Source: Candidatus Shapirobacteria bacterium
Lineage (GTDB): Bacteria > Patescibacteriota > Microgenomatia > UBA12405
Length of the DNA stretch: 64,000 nt
Direction: 5' to 3'
NCBI GenBank assembly: GCA_041661765.1
Contig: JBAZTV010000002.1
Location: forward strand, 203,279-267,278
Shown here: positions 50,223 through 58,575 of the stretch, one piece after another
Layout: every line of letters begins with the position of its first letter
How positions within the stretch are numbered: the stretch's first letter is position 1
Position numbers and translations under genes: made by a program
Notes under the pieces: generated by a model
Database searches by the model: none
The model's input: only the letters and a program-made list of their open reading frames with translations
Told to the model about the DNA's origin: nothing

Positions 50223-50304
50223 TGCCGCAGAGAGGACTTGAACCTCCATGGGTTTCCCCACACGGTCCTAAGCCGTGCTTGTATACCAATTTCAACACTG
50301 CGGC
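50223..50304 (-). tRNA. tRNA-Leu(TAG)
   Basis: CACGG-CTTAGGA-CCGTG, long variable arm. Confidence 0.93.
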
Positions 50305-50309
50305 AAAAG

Positions 50310-50381
50310 TACGCCTAGAGGGAATCGAACCCCCATCAATAGTTCCGAAGACTACTACTCTATCCATTGAGCTATAGGCGC
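50310..50381 (-). tRNA. tRNA-Arg(TCG)
   Basis: GTAGT-CTTCGGA-ACTAT. Confidence 0.92.
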
Positions 50382-50387
50382 GCATTA

Positions 50388-50463
50388 TGGTGGGTCCGGC
50401 GGGACTCGAACCCGCGACCAATCGCTTAAGAGGCGACCGCTCTACCAACTGAGCTACAGACCC
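50388..50463 (-). tRNA. tRNA-Lys(CTT)
   Basis: GTCGC-CTCTTAA-GCGAT; CCA encoded. Confidence 0.95.
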
Positions 50464-50468
50464 TTTCG

Positions 50469-50542
50469 TATCCTCAGTAGGGATCGAACCTACGACCTCT
50501 TCCTTAGAAGGGAAGCGCTCTATCCAACTGAGCTATGAGGAC
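50469..50542 (-). tRNA. tRNA-Arg(TCT)
   Basis: CTTCC-CTTCTAA-GGAAG. Confidence 0.94.
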
Positions 50543-50623
50543 AAATAATTACCTTGTATTTTACCAAATTATCCAAAAAAAATACCCATTATTCTTTTTT
50601 AAATAAAGATAACGGGTATACCA

Positions 50624-51289
50624 CTAAATTTTTATTGTCAAATAAGCTACCAACACAGAGATTTGAATTATTATTAATAATACAAAAATCCAAATTTGTA
50701 TTGGTATCAAAAATGCCAACAATAGAACCATTAATTCCAATAAAGATGCAGTTTTTGCAAACCATCGAGCACTCCCAATGCTGCGATAACCACAAATCAC
50801 ACCGGAAAATAATTCTTTGACTATTGATACAGTCAAGAACCAAACTGGAATAAAACCAAAAAAAACAGCAATCAAAATTATACTAAGGTGACAGATCTTA
50901 TCCGCAATCGGATCTAAAAACATTCCCAATACTGAAACTGTTCCTGTTTGACGAGCAATTGGACCATCAATTAAATCCAACGACATCAACATTAAATAAA
51001 TAATTAAATAAAACCATTTATTTACTCCAATCACAAATCCAATAATAAAGGCAACCAAAACAGCTATCAATCTAAACAGAGACAAAAGGTTGGGGATCAT
51101 CAATATTGTGTGCGGATCTGTATTTATTTTCCCTTGAAAAATTTTTTTAAAAAAAACACTAAACAAACCAACACTTTTAAATCCTTCTAGTCTCCATAAC
51201 CAATTTTGAAATCTATTTATTCTCAAAATAACATCGGGGGAAAACTTTATCACTTGATTAAAAAATTTAGTCAGTTCAAACTTCACCAT
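50624..51289 (-). CDS. CDP-alcohol phosphatidyltransferase family protein
   Basis: IPNLLSLFR, LDLIDGPIAR..G..LDPIADK. Confidence 0.88.
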   Translation of the reverse strand: MVKFELTKFFNQVIKFSPDVILRINRFQNWLWRLEGFKSVGLFSVFFKKIFQGKINTDPHTILMIPNLLSLFRLIAVLVAFIIGFVIGVNKWFYLIIYLMLMSLDLIDGPIARQTGTVSVLGMFLDPIADKICHLSIILIAVFFGFIPVWFLTVSIVKELFSGVICGYRSIGSARWFAKTASLLELMVLLLAFLIPIQIWIFVLLIIIQISVLVAYLTIKI

Positions 51290-51404
51290 AAAAATCTCTC
51301 CCTTCGTTTTTTTTCATTATAACTAACTATAAAAGTGCAACAAACGAAAAAATTATACTATATCACCGCCAAATTTACAATCTAAACAGTTAAGCCAGTA
51401 AAAA

Positions 51405-51971
51405 TTAATTCTTTCGTGATAAATAAGCTCCAGTTTCCGTATTTACTAAAATTTCTTCACCTACTTTAATAAACAAAGGCACCTGAACCGTCATTCCCGT
51501 ATCTAAGATTGCCTGTTTTGTGGCATTAGTTACCGTATCACCCTTAACCGAACTTTCAGATTCAACAACTTTAAAAGCAATCGTTTTAGGCAAACTAATA
51601 CCAATTGGTTTATCGTCATAAAATTTAATCCTATACAAAAGCCCTTCCTTCAAATAAACCTTATCATCACCAATAATTTCTACCGGCACCATATATTGTT
51701 CAAAATTTCTTGGCTCAATGAAAACATAATTAGATCCATCAAAATAAGAATATTCAGCCTCGTGTGTTTCCACTAATACTTCTTCAACTTTTTCTCCCGA
51801 TTTATAAGTATATTCCACAATTCTTCCAGAATAAAGATTTTTAAATTTAGTTCTATAAAAAGCTGAACCTTTACCAGGACTAACAAATGCAATATCTACC
51901 ACCATATGCGGTTCGTCTTGAAAAAGAATATAAATACCTTTTTTAAATTGTGATGTTGATATAACTCCCAT
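51405..51971 (-). CDS. efp: Elongation factor P
   Basis: SPGKGSAF, KGDT, TGMTVQVPLFI, NTETGAY. Confidence 0.96.
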   Translation of the reverse strand: MGVISTSQFKKGIYILFQDEPHMVVDIAFVSPGKGSAFYRTKFKNLYSGRIVEYTYKSGEKVEEVLVETHEAEYSYFDGSNYVFIEPRNFEQYMVPVEIIGDDKVYLKEGLLYRIKFYDDKPIGISLPKTIAFKVVESESSVKGDTVTNATKQAILDTGMTVQVPLFIKVGEEILVNTETGAYLSRKN

Positions 51972-51987
51972 AGGCCGATTTTAACAC

Positions 51988-52031
51988 AAAAAAAATCCCA
52001 GAGTAACTTTTTAGAGGAGCCACCCCGGGAT
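51988..52031 (-). terminator. Strong intrinsic terminator upstream of efp
   Basis: ATCCCGGGGTGGCT/AGTTACTCTGGGAT 14-bp stem (4 GU pairs, forms only on minus strand) plus T run. Confidence 0.75.
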
Positions 52032-52081
52032 CTGATTCAGACTATATCAAAATATTATAGACAAATCAAGATACAACTCTA

Positions 52082-52693
52082 TTACTTATCAAAACTCCCA
52101 CTTTTAAGTTCTTCAATAAATTGATTGACACCATTTGCCCAGGAACCATTTGAACTCGGACAATATTTTTTCATTATCAATTCTGGAGTATTTAGTCCTT
52201 TATCAAAATATTCTCTTTTTAAGTATTCTGCATAACTCTTAATAGCTATCTCATAATTATCAAATTTAAGCGTTCCCTTTTTATGAATCCCATACCCCCA
52301 ACAATTATGTGAATCTTCCGGTGCCTTTTTACACAAATTAGATTCCTGTTGGGCAATCGCTACAATCCAATAATATTCAAAACCATAGTCTTCTGATATT
52401 TGAAAAATCAAATCGGAATATGGAGCCATAGGTGAATTATATTTTTCTAAATAATTTTTTATTAACATTGGTCTCGCATCAGCTCCACTTACAGTTGCAT
52501 CCACAAAAATATTTTTATTATCTTCCGCTGCAGATTCAATGATCACTTTTTCATTACCAATTCCCAATACCACATTATTATGATTCGTTTCTGACAAATA
52601 GATTAATTCACCAAAACCAATAGTCAAAACTAAAACCAAAAAAACTGGTATTAATAACAATCGTTTAATACTAAATAATGGTTTCTCAATCAT
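52082..52693 (-). CDS. Membrane-anchored lysozyme-like/glucosaminidase-like protein
   Basis: TM, VAIAQQESNLCK, NCWGYG, IMKKYCP..WANGV. Confidence 0.7.
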   Translation of the reverse strand: MIEKPLFSIKRLLLIPVFLVLVLTIGFGELIYLSETNHNNVVLGIGNEKVIIESAAEDNKNIFVDATVSGADARPMLIKNYLEKYNSPMAPYSDLIFQISEDYGFEYYWIVAIAQQESNLCKKAPEDSHNCWGYGIHKKGTLKFDNYEIAIKSYAEYLKREYFDKGLNTPELIMKKYCPSSNGSWANGVNQFIEELKSGSFDK

Positions 52694-52720
52694 TATTCTT
52701 ATGTTATCATGGTGGCACTT

Positions 52721-53536
52721 ATGAAAACAAATTCCACCGATCTAAAAAAACAAAACAATAAAGTTTTTACTTTGAATATCGAGGTTAAAGTTGCTGATAT
52801 TAAAAAAGAACATCAGAAACATTTAAAACAATTCCAAGCTAATTTCGAAACTAAAGGTTTTAGAAAAGGCAAAGCTCCTTTAGATGTTGTCCAACAAAAT
52901 ATTTCTGAAGAAAAATTATTTGAAGAAATTGCTTCTCATATAATCTCCCATGCTTACGGTGAAAAAATTAAAGAATATTGCTTAAAACCCATTATTCAAC
53001 CTCAAGTCAAATTTATTAATAAAGATGTCGATTTTGATCATGATTGGCAACTAGAAATCACCAGTTGCGAACTACCAGAAATCAAACTAAATGAAAAATA
53101 TCTAATCGAAATTAAAAAAGTAAATTCTAATAAAACTATCACAGAAGAAAATCAAAAAATTGAAAAAATTATTGAAGCTTTAACTAAAAACGGCCAAGTT
53201 GATCTACCTGAAATATTAATTGAATCTGATATTCAAAATCAATTATCTCAATTAATAGATCAATCTCGACAAGCCGGAATCAGTGTTGCTGATTATCTTA
53301 AAAACAAAGGTTTAACTCTCGAAAAATACAAAGAAGATTTAAAAACTCAAATAATTAAAGAATGGACCCTTAATCTAGCCATTAGTCAAATCGCCAAAGA
53401 GCAAAAAATTGAAGTTTCTGAAAAAGAAGTTACTGACATTACTAATTCTAATCCATCTATTGGCCAAAACGTAAATTTCATTTATTACATCTTAACTCAA
53501 CAAAAAGTCTTCGATTTTTTAAAAAAATTGATATAA
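52721..53536 (+). CDS. tig: Trigger factor, short form without PPIase domain
   Basis: GFRKGKAP ribosome-binding signature; C-terminal domain LPEILIE..IAKEQKIEVSE. Confidence 0.88.
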   Translation: MKTNSTDLKKQNNKVFTLNIEVKVADIKKEHQKHLKQFQANFETKGFRKGKAPLDVVQQNISEEKLFEEIASHIISHAYGEKIKEYCLKPIIQPQVKFINKDVDFDHDWQLEITSCELPEIKLNEKYLIEIKKVNSNKTITEENQKIEKIIEALTKNGQVDLPEILIESDIQNQLSQLIDQSRQAGISVADYLKNKGLTLEKYKEDLKTQIIKEWTLNLAISQIAKEQKIEVSEKEVTDITNSNPSIGQNVNFIYYILTQQKVFDFLKKLI

Positions 53537-53545
53537 TAGGCCACT

Positions 53546-54091
53546 ATGGCAGGTAGCTACGGATTCAAACAGGATCCTAAAAGAAAATTAGTCAGTAATA
53601 ATAATAACGAAGTTTTAAAAGAATTCTCCGATCCTTTTCGTGGCGTTCTTTTCCCTGGTCAAAGCATTGACTTAAATAAAAAAGAAACCACAAGTATTAA
53701 TTGGAATCGAGATTTTTTAGTTAAATCAACTACTCAAGAACAGGCAATTTTTATTAATCATCATTCTCAAGAAATCAAAAAAACTATTAATGATCTTCGC
53801 CTTGAAATTAAAAGTCTAATTAAAACTACTGAAAATCTTAATCAAGAAATAAAACAATCAGTCGAACAAAATGTGGCCGAAATCAGCGAATATCAATTAA
53901 ATTTCTTTAATAGAATTAAAATATTTATCATTAATTTTCGCCAAGACATTAATGAAGCTCATATTTGGCTAGAAAGTTTTAACCATAAAAAATCAAAGAA
54001 AAATGCTTTTTGGAATAAGGCTAAAAGTAAAAACGGTGGCGAACAATATTTAATGAGCAGTGAACACAGTGCTTCCCGGTCCGCAAACTAA
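53546..54091 (+). CDS. Coiled-coil hypothetical protein (CPR-type)
   Basis: YQLNFF..WL..KK..FW..GEQYLMSSEH C-terminal pattern. Confidence 0.7.
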   Translation: MAGSYGFKQDPKRKLVSNNNNEVLKEFSDPFRGVLFPGQSIDLNKKETTSINWNRDFLVKSTTQEQAIFINHHSQEIKKTINDLRLEIKSLIKTTENLNQEIKQSVEQNVAEISEYQLNFFNRIKIFIINFRQDINEAHIWLESFNHKKSKKNAFWNKAKSKNGGEQYLMSSEHSASRSAN

Positions 54092-54136
54092 ATCTTTTTT
54101 TCAATCAATTTTTAAGTTATAATCCTGGTTGTCCGA

Positions 54137-54210
54137 GAGTCTATAGCTCAGTTGGTTAGAGCGCTTCGTTGACATCGAAGAGGTCAGAGGTTCGAGTCCT
54201 CTTAGACTCA
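54137..54210 (+). tRNA. tRNA-Val(GAC)
   Basis: CTTCG-TTGACAT-CGAAG. Confidence 0.95.
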
Positions 54211-55035
54211 CAATTATTTTTCAGAAAAACAGTCTTCCATAAATTTAATTTCTGCTTTCATTACAGAAACCCAATCGTCAGTATCATGTCCAGCCATTTG
54301 CCTATTACTCTTAAAATCTACCATTTTAACATTAGTAAATGACCTTTTTAATACTCCTTCAGTAGATTTATAATCAATAAGTTTATCGTTATCAAATCTA
54401 ATCAATAATGTTGGAGTTTCTATTTTTGGGTTTATTTCGATATTTGTCTCTAATGCTGAACCCATTTCCTGTTTCCACTTTTCAGAATCTTGAACAAATT
54501 TTCCAATCAATTTATCTAAATGATTTACACTCATTCTTAATAATAAAGAACTATTTTCTTTATTAATTAGTGGTACCTGAAAAATAACCCCTTTCACTGG
54601 AAATTCTTTTAAAACACTTCCATTGTTTAACAAATCCCAAGTCGCCACACCACCTTGAGAATAGGCATGAAGAATAATTGCTTTAGATTTTGGAATTTCA
54701 TTTCCAATATTAGACAACATTCCATAAACACTTTTAGTCACAGTTTCTGGAACATATGGTTTTGGATTTGAAAAAGTAATTACATTAAAAAATGGTCCTG
54801 AATCAAACGCTTCTGAAAAATATTTTAAGTCTTTCAATCCATTATCTCCAACTCCCGGAATATTTACCACTAAATTAGGCGATTCTCTATTTAGAATATT
54901 AATCCAATAATCAATTTTTAAACCATCAATTTCAATTTGTTTTTTAATTGATAGACAATCTTTAATTTTAACAGAATCAATTTTTCCAGACCAATTCTTT
55001 TTTTTTAAATCCATAAAATACTATTAGACTCACAA
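54202..55035. mobile_element. Single-gene islet bounded by 12-bp direct repeat of the tRNA-Val 3' end
   Basis: TTAGACTCACAA at 54202-54213 and 55024-55035. Confidence 0.65.
54214..55014 (-). CDS. Alpha/beta hydrolase fold protein
   Basis: VNIPGVG, HAYSQGG elbow, DKLI Asp, AGHD His. Confidence 0.8.
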   Translation of the reverse strand: MDLKKKNWSGKIDSVKIKDCLSIKKQIEIDGLKIDYWINILNRESPNLVVNIPGVGDNGLKDLKYFSEAFDSGPFFNVITFSNPKPYVPETVTKSVYGMLSNIGNEIPKSKAIILHAYSQGGVATWDLLNNGSVLKEFPVKGVIFQVPLINKENSSLLLRMSVNHLDKLIGKFVQDSEKWKQEMGSALETNIEINPKIETPTLLIRFDNDKLIDYKSTEGVLKRSFTNVKMVDFKSNRQMAGHDTDDWVSVMKAEIKFMEDCFSEK

Positions 55036-55036
55036 C

Positions 55037-55342
55037 TTAAATAAACTTTTCCTTCTCAAGTAATTTTTTGATCTCCTTAAATTGAATTTCCACTTCTCTT
55101 AACTTAGATAAAATCGAAGTTTCAATAGTTTCCTCCAAAAAAAAACTCAATGGTTGATCAGTAACTTTAGAAATTTTTTCAATAACACTTAACGGAGGAT
55201 TAGCCCGATCAGATTCATAAGCAGAAATTGATTTATCACTAACTCCCATTGCATTAGCCAACTCCTCTTGAGTAATTCGCCTAATTTTACGAGCTGCCTT
55301 AATTTTTTGACCAATTTTTAACATTTCCTTATTGACATCCAA
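55037..55342 (-). CDS. XRE-family HTH regulator
   Basis: IKAARK..TQEELA..GVSDKSISAYESD..P. Confidence 0.9.
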   Translation of the reverse strand: MDVNKEMLKIGQKIKAARKIRRITQEELANAMGVSDKSISAYESDRANPPLSVIEKISKVTDQPLSFFLEETIETSILSKLREVEIQFKEIKKLLEKEKFI

Positions 55343-55373
55343 ACTCTAACATGATTAGATTTTTATATAACAA

Positions 55374-55724
55374 ATGAAGAATATTCTCCTCATTATCACT
55401 GATAATAAAACTAGACAATTATATCACGAGATTCTCCTTTCTAAAGGCGTTGAGGTCATTCCCATAGCCGATCTATCGACCGCCATAATGCTTTTAAGTC
55501 TAAACCAATTTAATTTAGCAGTTTTAGACGCCGACCAAAATCCAACAGAAGTTGAGGTTTTTCTAAGACTTCGTCAAAAACATCACCGTCTTTCCAAGAC
55601 TAAATTTATAATTTTATCTCAAAATAACGATTTCAATCCAAAAATAACAAAGATGGATTTCGTTATTCACATTTCCCAAACACCCATCAAAGATATCATT
55701 AATCAAATCGAACAATCAATGTAA
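55374..55724 (+). CDS. Degenerate receiver-domain protein
   Basis: NILLIITDN, NLAVLD, KFIILS; lacks the canonical KP. Confidence 0.6.
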   Translation: MKNILLIITDNKTRQLYHEILLSKGVEVIPIADLSTAIMLLSLNQFNLAVLDADQNPTEVEVFLRLRQKHHRLSKTKFIILSQNNDFNPKITKMDFVIHISQTPIKDIINQIEQSM

Positions 55725-55740
55725 TTTTTAGTACAATTTA

Positions 55741-56382
55741 TTGATGAGGAAGATTAAGTCACTGCCAATAAATCTTAGACCACGAGAAAGATTAATGAAA
55801 TATGGAGCTGATATTTTAAATCTTGAAGAACTATTAGCCGTAATTCTAATTACCGGCAATAAACTCTTACCACTCTCACAAATCAGCACTAAAATTTCCA
55901 ATATAATCAAGAAAAATAATAATCCAAAAGATGAATTATTAAAATTAAAAATTGGCCAAAGTAAAACCGCTCAAATTTTAGCCACCCTAGAAATCGGAAA
56001 AAGATTATTTAGCCAAAATATAACAACCATAAAGTCAGACAAACAAGTATTTGGACTCTCTTATGAAATTATTAACAAAGAGAAAGAATCCGTCCTTTGT
56101 TTTTATTTAAACGGTAGAGGAGAACTTCTTCAAAAAGAATTAATCGCCATTGGCTCACTCAATAAAGCTAACCTTTTACCTCGAGATATTTTTACTCTAA
56201 TCAAAAATTTACCCATAGTTTCAATAATTTTGGTCCACAATCATCCATCTGGAAACTTAGACCCTTCAAAAGAAGATCTAATTTTTACTCGACGAATTAA
56301 ATTAGCCGGCGATCTTATCGGTATTAAATTGCTCAATCATTACATCATTTCCCAAAACGGCTGGAATAAAATCATTTTTTAA
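55741..56382 (+). CDS. radC: RadC family JAB-domain protein
   Basis: RPRERL..ELLAVIL, HNHPSG..PSKED. Confidence 0.92.
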   Translation: MMRKIKSLPINLRPRERLMKYGADILNLEELLAVILITGNKLLPLSQISTKISNIIKKNNNPKDELLKLKIGQSKTAQILATLEIGKRLFSQNITTIKSDKQVFGLSYEIINKEKESVLCFYLNGRGELLQKELIAIGSLNKANLLPRDIFTLIKNLPIVSIILVHNHPSGNLDPSKEDLIFTRRIKLAGDLIGIKLLNHYIISQNGWNKIIF

Positions 56383-56401
56383 TATAAAATACCCATCAGA
56401 A

Positions 56402-56455
56402 ATGAAAAATTTTGTTTACAGTACTAACAAAACTACATCGCCCAACAGGGCATAA
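56402..56455 (+). CDS. Candidate thrS leader peptide MKNFVYSTNKTTSPNRA
   Basis: 17-codon uORF with 3 Thr codons overlapping the left arm of hairpin 56440-56475. Confidence 0.4.
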   Translation: MKNFVYSTNKTTSPNRA

Positions 56456-56509
56456 CCTTTTTGCTTTGATTGGGCTTTCCACTTTCTTGTTAAAATACTT
56501 ATATAACAT

Positions 56510-56534
56510 GTAGAGACGCATCATGATGCGTCTC
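56510..56534 (+). repeat. Family B GTAG-type REP upstream of thrS
   Basis: GTA plus perfect 22-bp palindrome GAGACGCATCATGATGCGTCTC. Confidence 0.85.
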
Positions 56535-56548
56535 CCAATAAAAAAATT

Positions 56549-58306
56549 ATGTCACAAAACAATCAAAATTCAGAACTTCAAAATATCCGTCATTCAGCCG
56601 AACATGTCTTAACTCAAGCCATGCAACGACTTTTTCCCAATAAATTTTTAATGGCCATGGGACCAGCCACCGACGATGGTTTTTATTTTGATTTCGAACC
56701 AGTAGAGGATTTTAAAGTTAGCGAAAATGATTTTCCTCAAATCGAAGCCGAAATGGCCAAAATTATCAAAGAAAATTTACCCATAATTAAGGAAGAAATT
56801 AAATTAGAAGACGCTAAAAAATTATTCGCCGACAATCCTTATAAAATGGAATGGCTAAACTCTATCAAAAATAGGGGAGAGGTAATTACTATTTACAAAA
56901 CTGGCGATGAATTTACTGATCTCTGCGCCGGTCCTCACGTCCGCTACACCAAACAAATCAAAGCTTTTAAACTTTTATCCATCGCTGGCGCCTATTGGCA
57001 TGGTGATGAAAAAAATAAAATGTTAACCCGTATCTACGGCACCGCTTTTGAATCAAAAGAAGAATTAGAAAAATATTTAATCAATATTGAAGAAGCCAAA
57101 AAACGCGACCATCGCAAATTAGGCCCACAATTAGGCATTTTCTTTATTGATGAAACAGCCCCTGGCATGCCCTATTGGCTTCCCAAGGGAACTATTATTA
57201 TCAACGAATTACTTAAATTTTGGCGCTCTGAACATCAAAAAAGAGGCTATCAGGAAACTATCACTCCTCAATTAAACAAAAAACAGCTCTACGAAACTTC
57301 CGGACACTGGGATCACTATAAAGAAAATATGTTTATTTGTGACATGGGTGAAAATGAAATTTATTGTCTCAAACCAATGAATTGTCCCAATGCTATGACT
57401 ATTTTTAAACAGGGAATTCATAGTTACCGGGAACTTCCTCTTCGTCTTTCAGACTGCGATGCTCTCCATCGTCATGAAAAATCCGGTGAGTTAAGTGGCT
57501 TACTCCGTGTTCAAAAATTTTCTCAAGACGATGCTCATATTTTTGTTGCCGAAGATCAAATTGGCGAAGAATACAAAAGAATTTTAGAAATTGCCAAACT
57601 TTTTTACTCTATTTTTGGAATAGAATTTAAAATCCGTCTCGGCACCCGACCAGACGATTTTATGGGTGATATTGAAACTTGGAACCGTGCCGAAAAAGAG
57701 TTGGAACAGATTTTAATTGATAATAAATTTGATTATTTCATTGGTGAAGGCGAAGGTGCTTTTTATGGTCCAAAATTAGACATTCTCATGGATGATTGTC
57801 TCGGTCGCCAATGGCAAACCGGCACCATTCAATTAGATTTTCAACTTCCTCGTAATTTCGAATTAAAATATACCGACAAAGATGGCCAAGAAAAAACCCC
57901 AGTTGTTATTCACCGAGTTATCTACGGTTCTCTCGAAAGATTTATGGGTATTTTAATTGAACAATTCGCTGGTGCCTTTCCAATTTGGATTTCCCCAGTT
58001 CAAGTCAAAATAATACCCATTACTGATGGTCAATTAGAATATGCCCAAAAAATAGGCGAATCTTTAAGAGAAAATGACATCCGAGTCGAAGTCGACGATA
58101 AATCTGAAACCATGCAAAATAAAATAAGAAATGCTGCCGGCGAAAAAATTCCCTACATGATTATTGTTGGTGGTCGCGAAGCCGAAAATCAAACTATTTC
58201 CATCCGCCAACGCGATGGCCAAGATCTCGGAACTATGGATTTAAAAGATTTTATTTCAAAAATAAAAGACCAAGTCGCTTCCAAATCTTTAAATTTAATC
58301 AAATAA
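56549..58306 (+). CDS. thrS: Threonine--tRNA ligase (no N-terminal TGS domain)
   Basis: RHSAEH, DLCAGPH, RDHRKLG, KPMNCP, QDDAH, FYGPK, IHRVIYGSLERF. Confidence 0.97.
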   Translation: MSQNNQNSELQNIRHSAEHVLTQAMQRLFPNKFLMAMGPATDDGFYFDFEPVEDFKVSENDFPQIEAEMAKIIKENLPIIKEEIKLEDAKKLFADNPYKMEWLNSIKNRGEVITIYKTGDEFTDLCAGPHVRYTKQIKAFKLLSIAGAYWHGDEKNKMLTRIYGTAFESKEELEKYLINIEEAKKRDHRKLGPQLGIFFIDETAPGMPYWLPKGTIIINELLKFWRSEHQKRGYQETITPQLNKKQLYETSGHWDHYKENMFICDMGENEIYCLKPMNCPNAMTIFKQGIHSYRELPLRLSDCDALHRHEKSGELSGLLRVQKFSQDDAHIFVAEDQIGEEYKRILEIAKLFYSIFGIEFKIRLGTRPDDFMGDIETWNRAEKELEQILIDNKFDYFIGEGEGAFYGPKLDILMDDCLGRQWQTGTIQLDFQLPRNFELKYTDKDGQEKTPVVIHRVIYGSLERFMGILIEQFAGAFPIWISPVQVKIIPITDGQLEYAQKIGESLRENDIRVEVDDKSETMQNKIRNAAGEKIPYMIIVGGREAENQTISIRQRDGQDLGTMDLKDFISKIKDQVASKSLNLIK

Positions 58307-58314
58307 TTTAATCT

Positions 58315-58342
58315 GTAGAGACGCCATGCATGGCGTCTCTAC
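58315..58342. repeat. Family B GTAG-type REP downstream of thrS
   Basis: Perfect 28-bp palindrome GTAGAGACGCCATGCATGGCGTCTCTAC. Confidence 0.9.
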
Positions 58343-58368
58343 TCTAAACCCCATCTTATTCTTAAAAC

Positions 58369-58570
58369 TTGACTTTTTACTAGTTATGTCCTATAATGTG
58401 CTAAGTAGTTTATAAAATTAGCTTTAATAAACTATTTGTTCTTTAAAAAATTAATCCTATAAAACTTTAAAATCGCTTGTTTCTGCTGTGCTATCTTGTA
58501 TATCAAATAAATTATCGATGTACAGGCTAGCGCAGCTGCATCGCAATGCGACTTTAATGTTATGAGGTGT
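58369..58570 (+). promoter_or_regulatory. Promoter, boxA-like motif and long hairpin leader
   Basis: TTGACT-17-TATAAT; TGTTCTTTAAAAAAT at 58437; hairpin 58485-58536; SD GAGGTG. Confidence 0.65.
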
Positions 58571-58575
58571 TTAGT

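Noticed and set aside
40142-50448. ORF-track entries 40142-40450, 43084-43344, 43115-43405 and 50218-50448
   Set aside because: They are translations of tRNA genes and repeat elements, not proteins.
56383-56548. T-box riboswitch before thrS
   Set aside because: No GGTGGNACCGCG antiterminator motif and the leader is too short.
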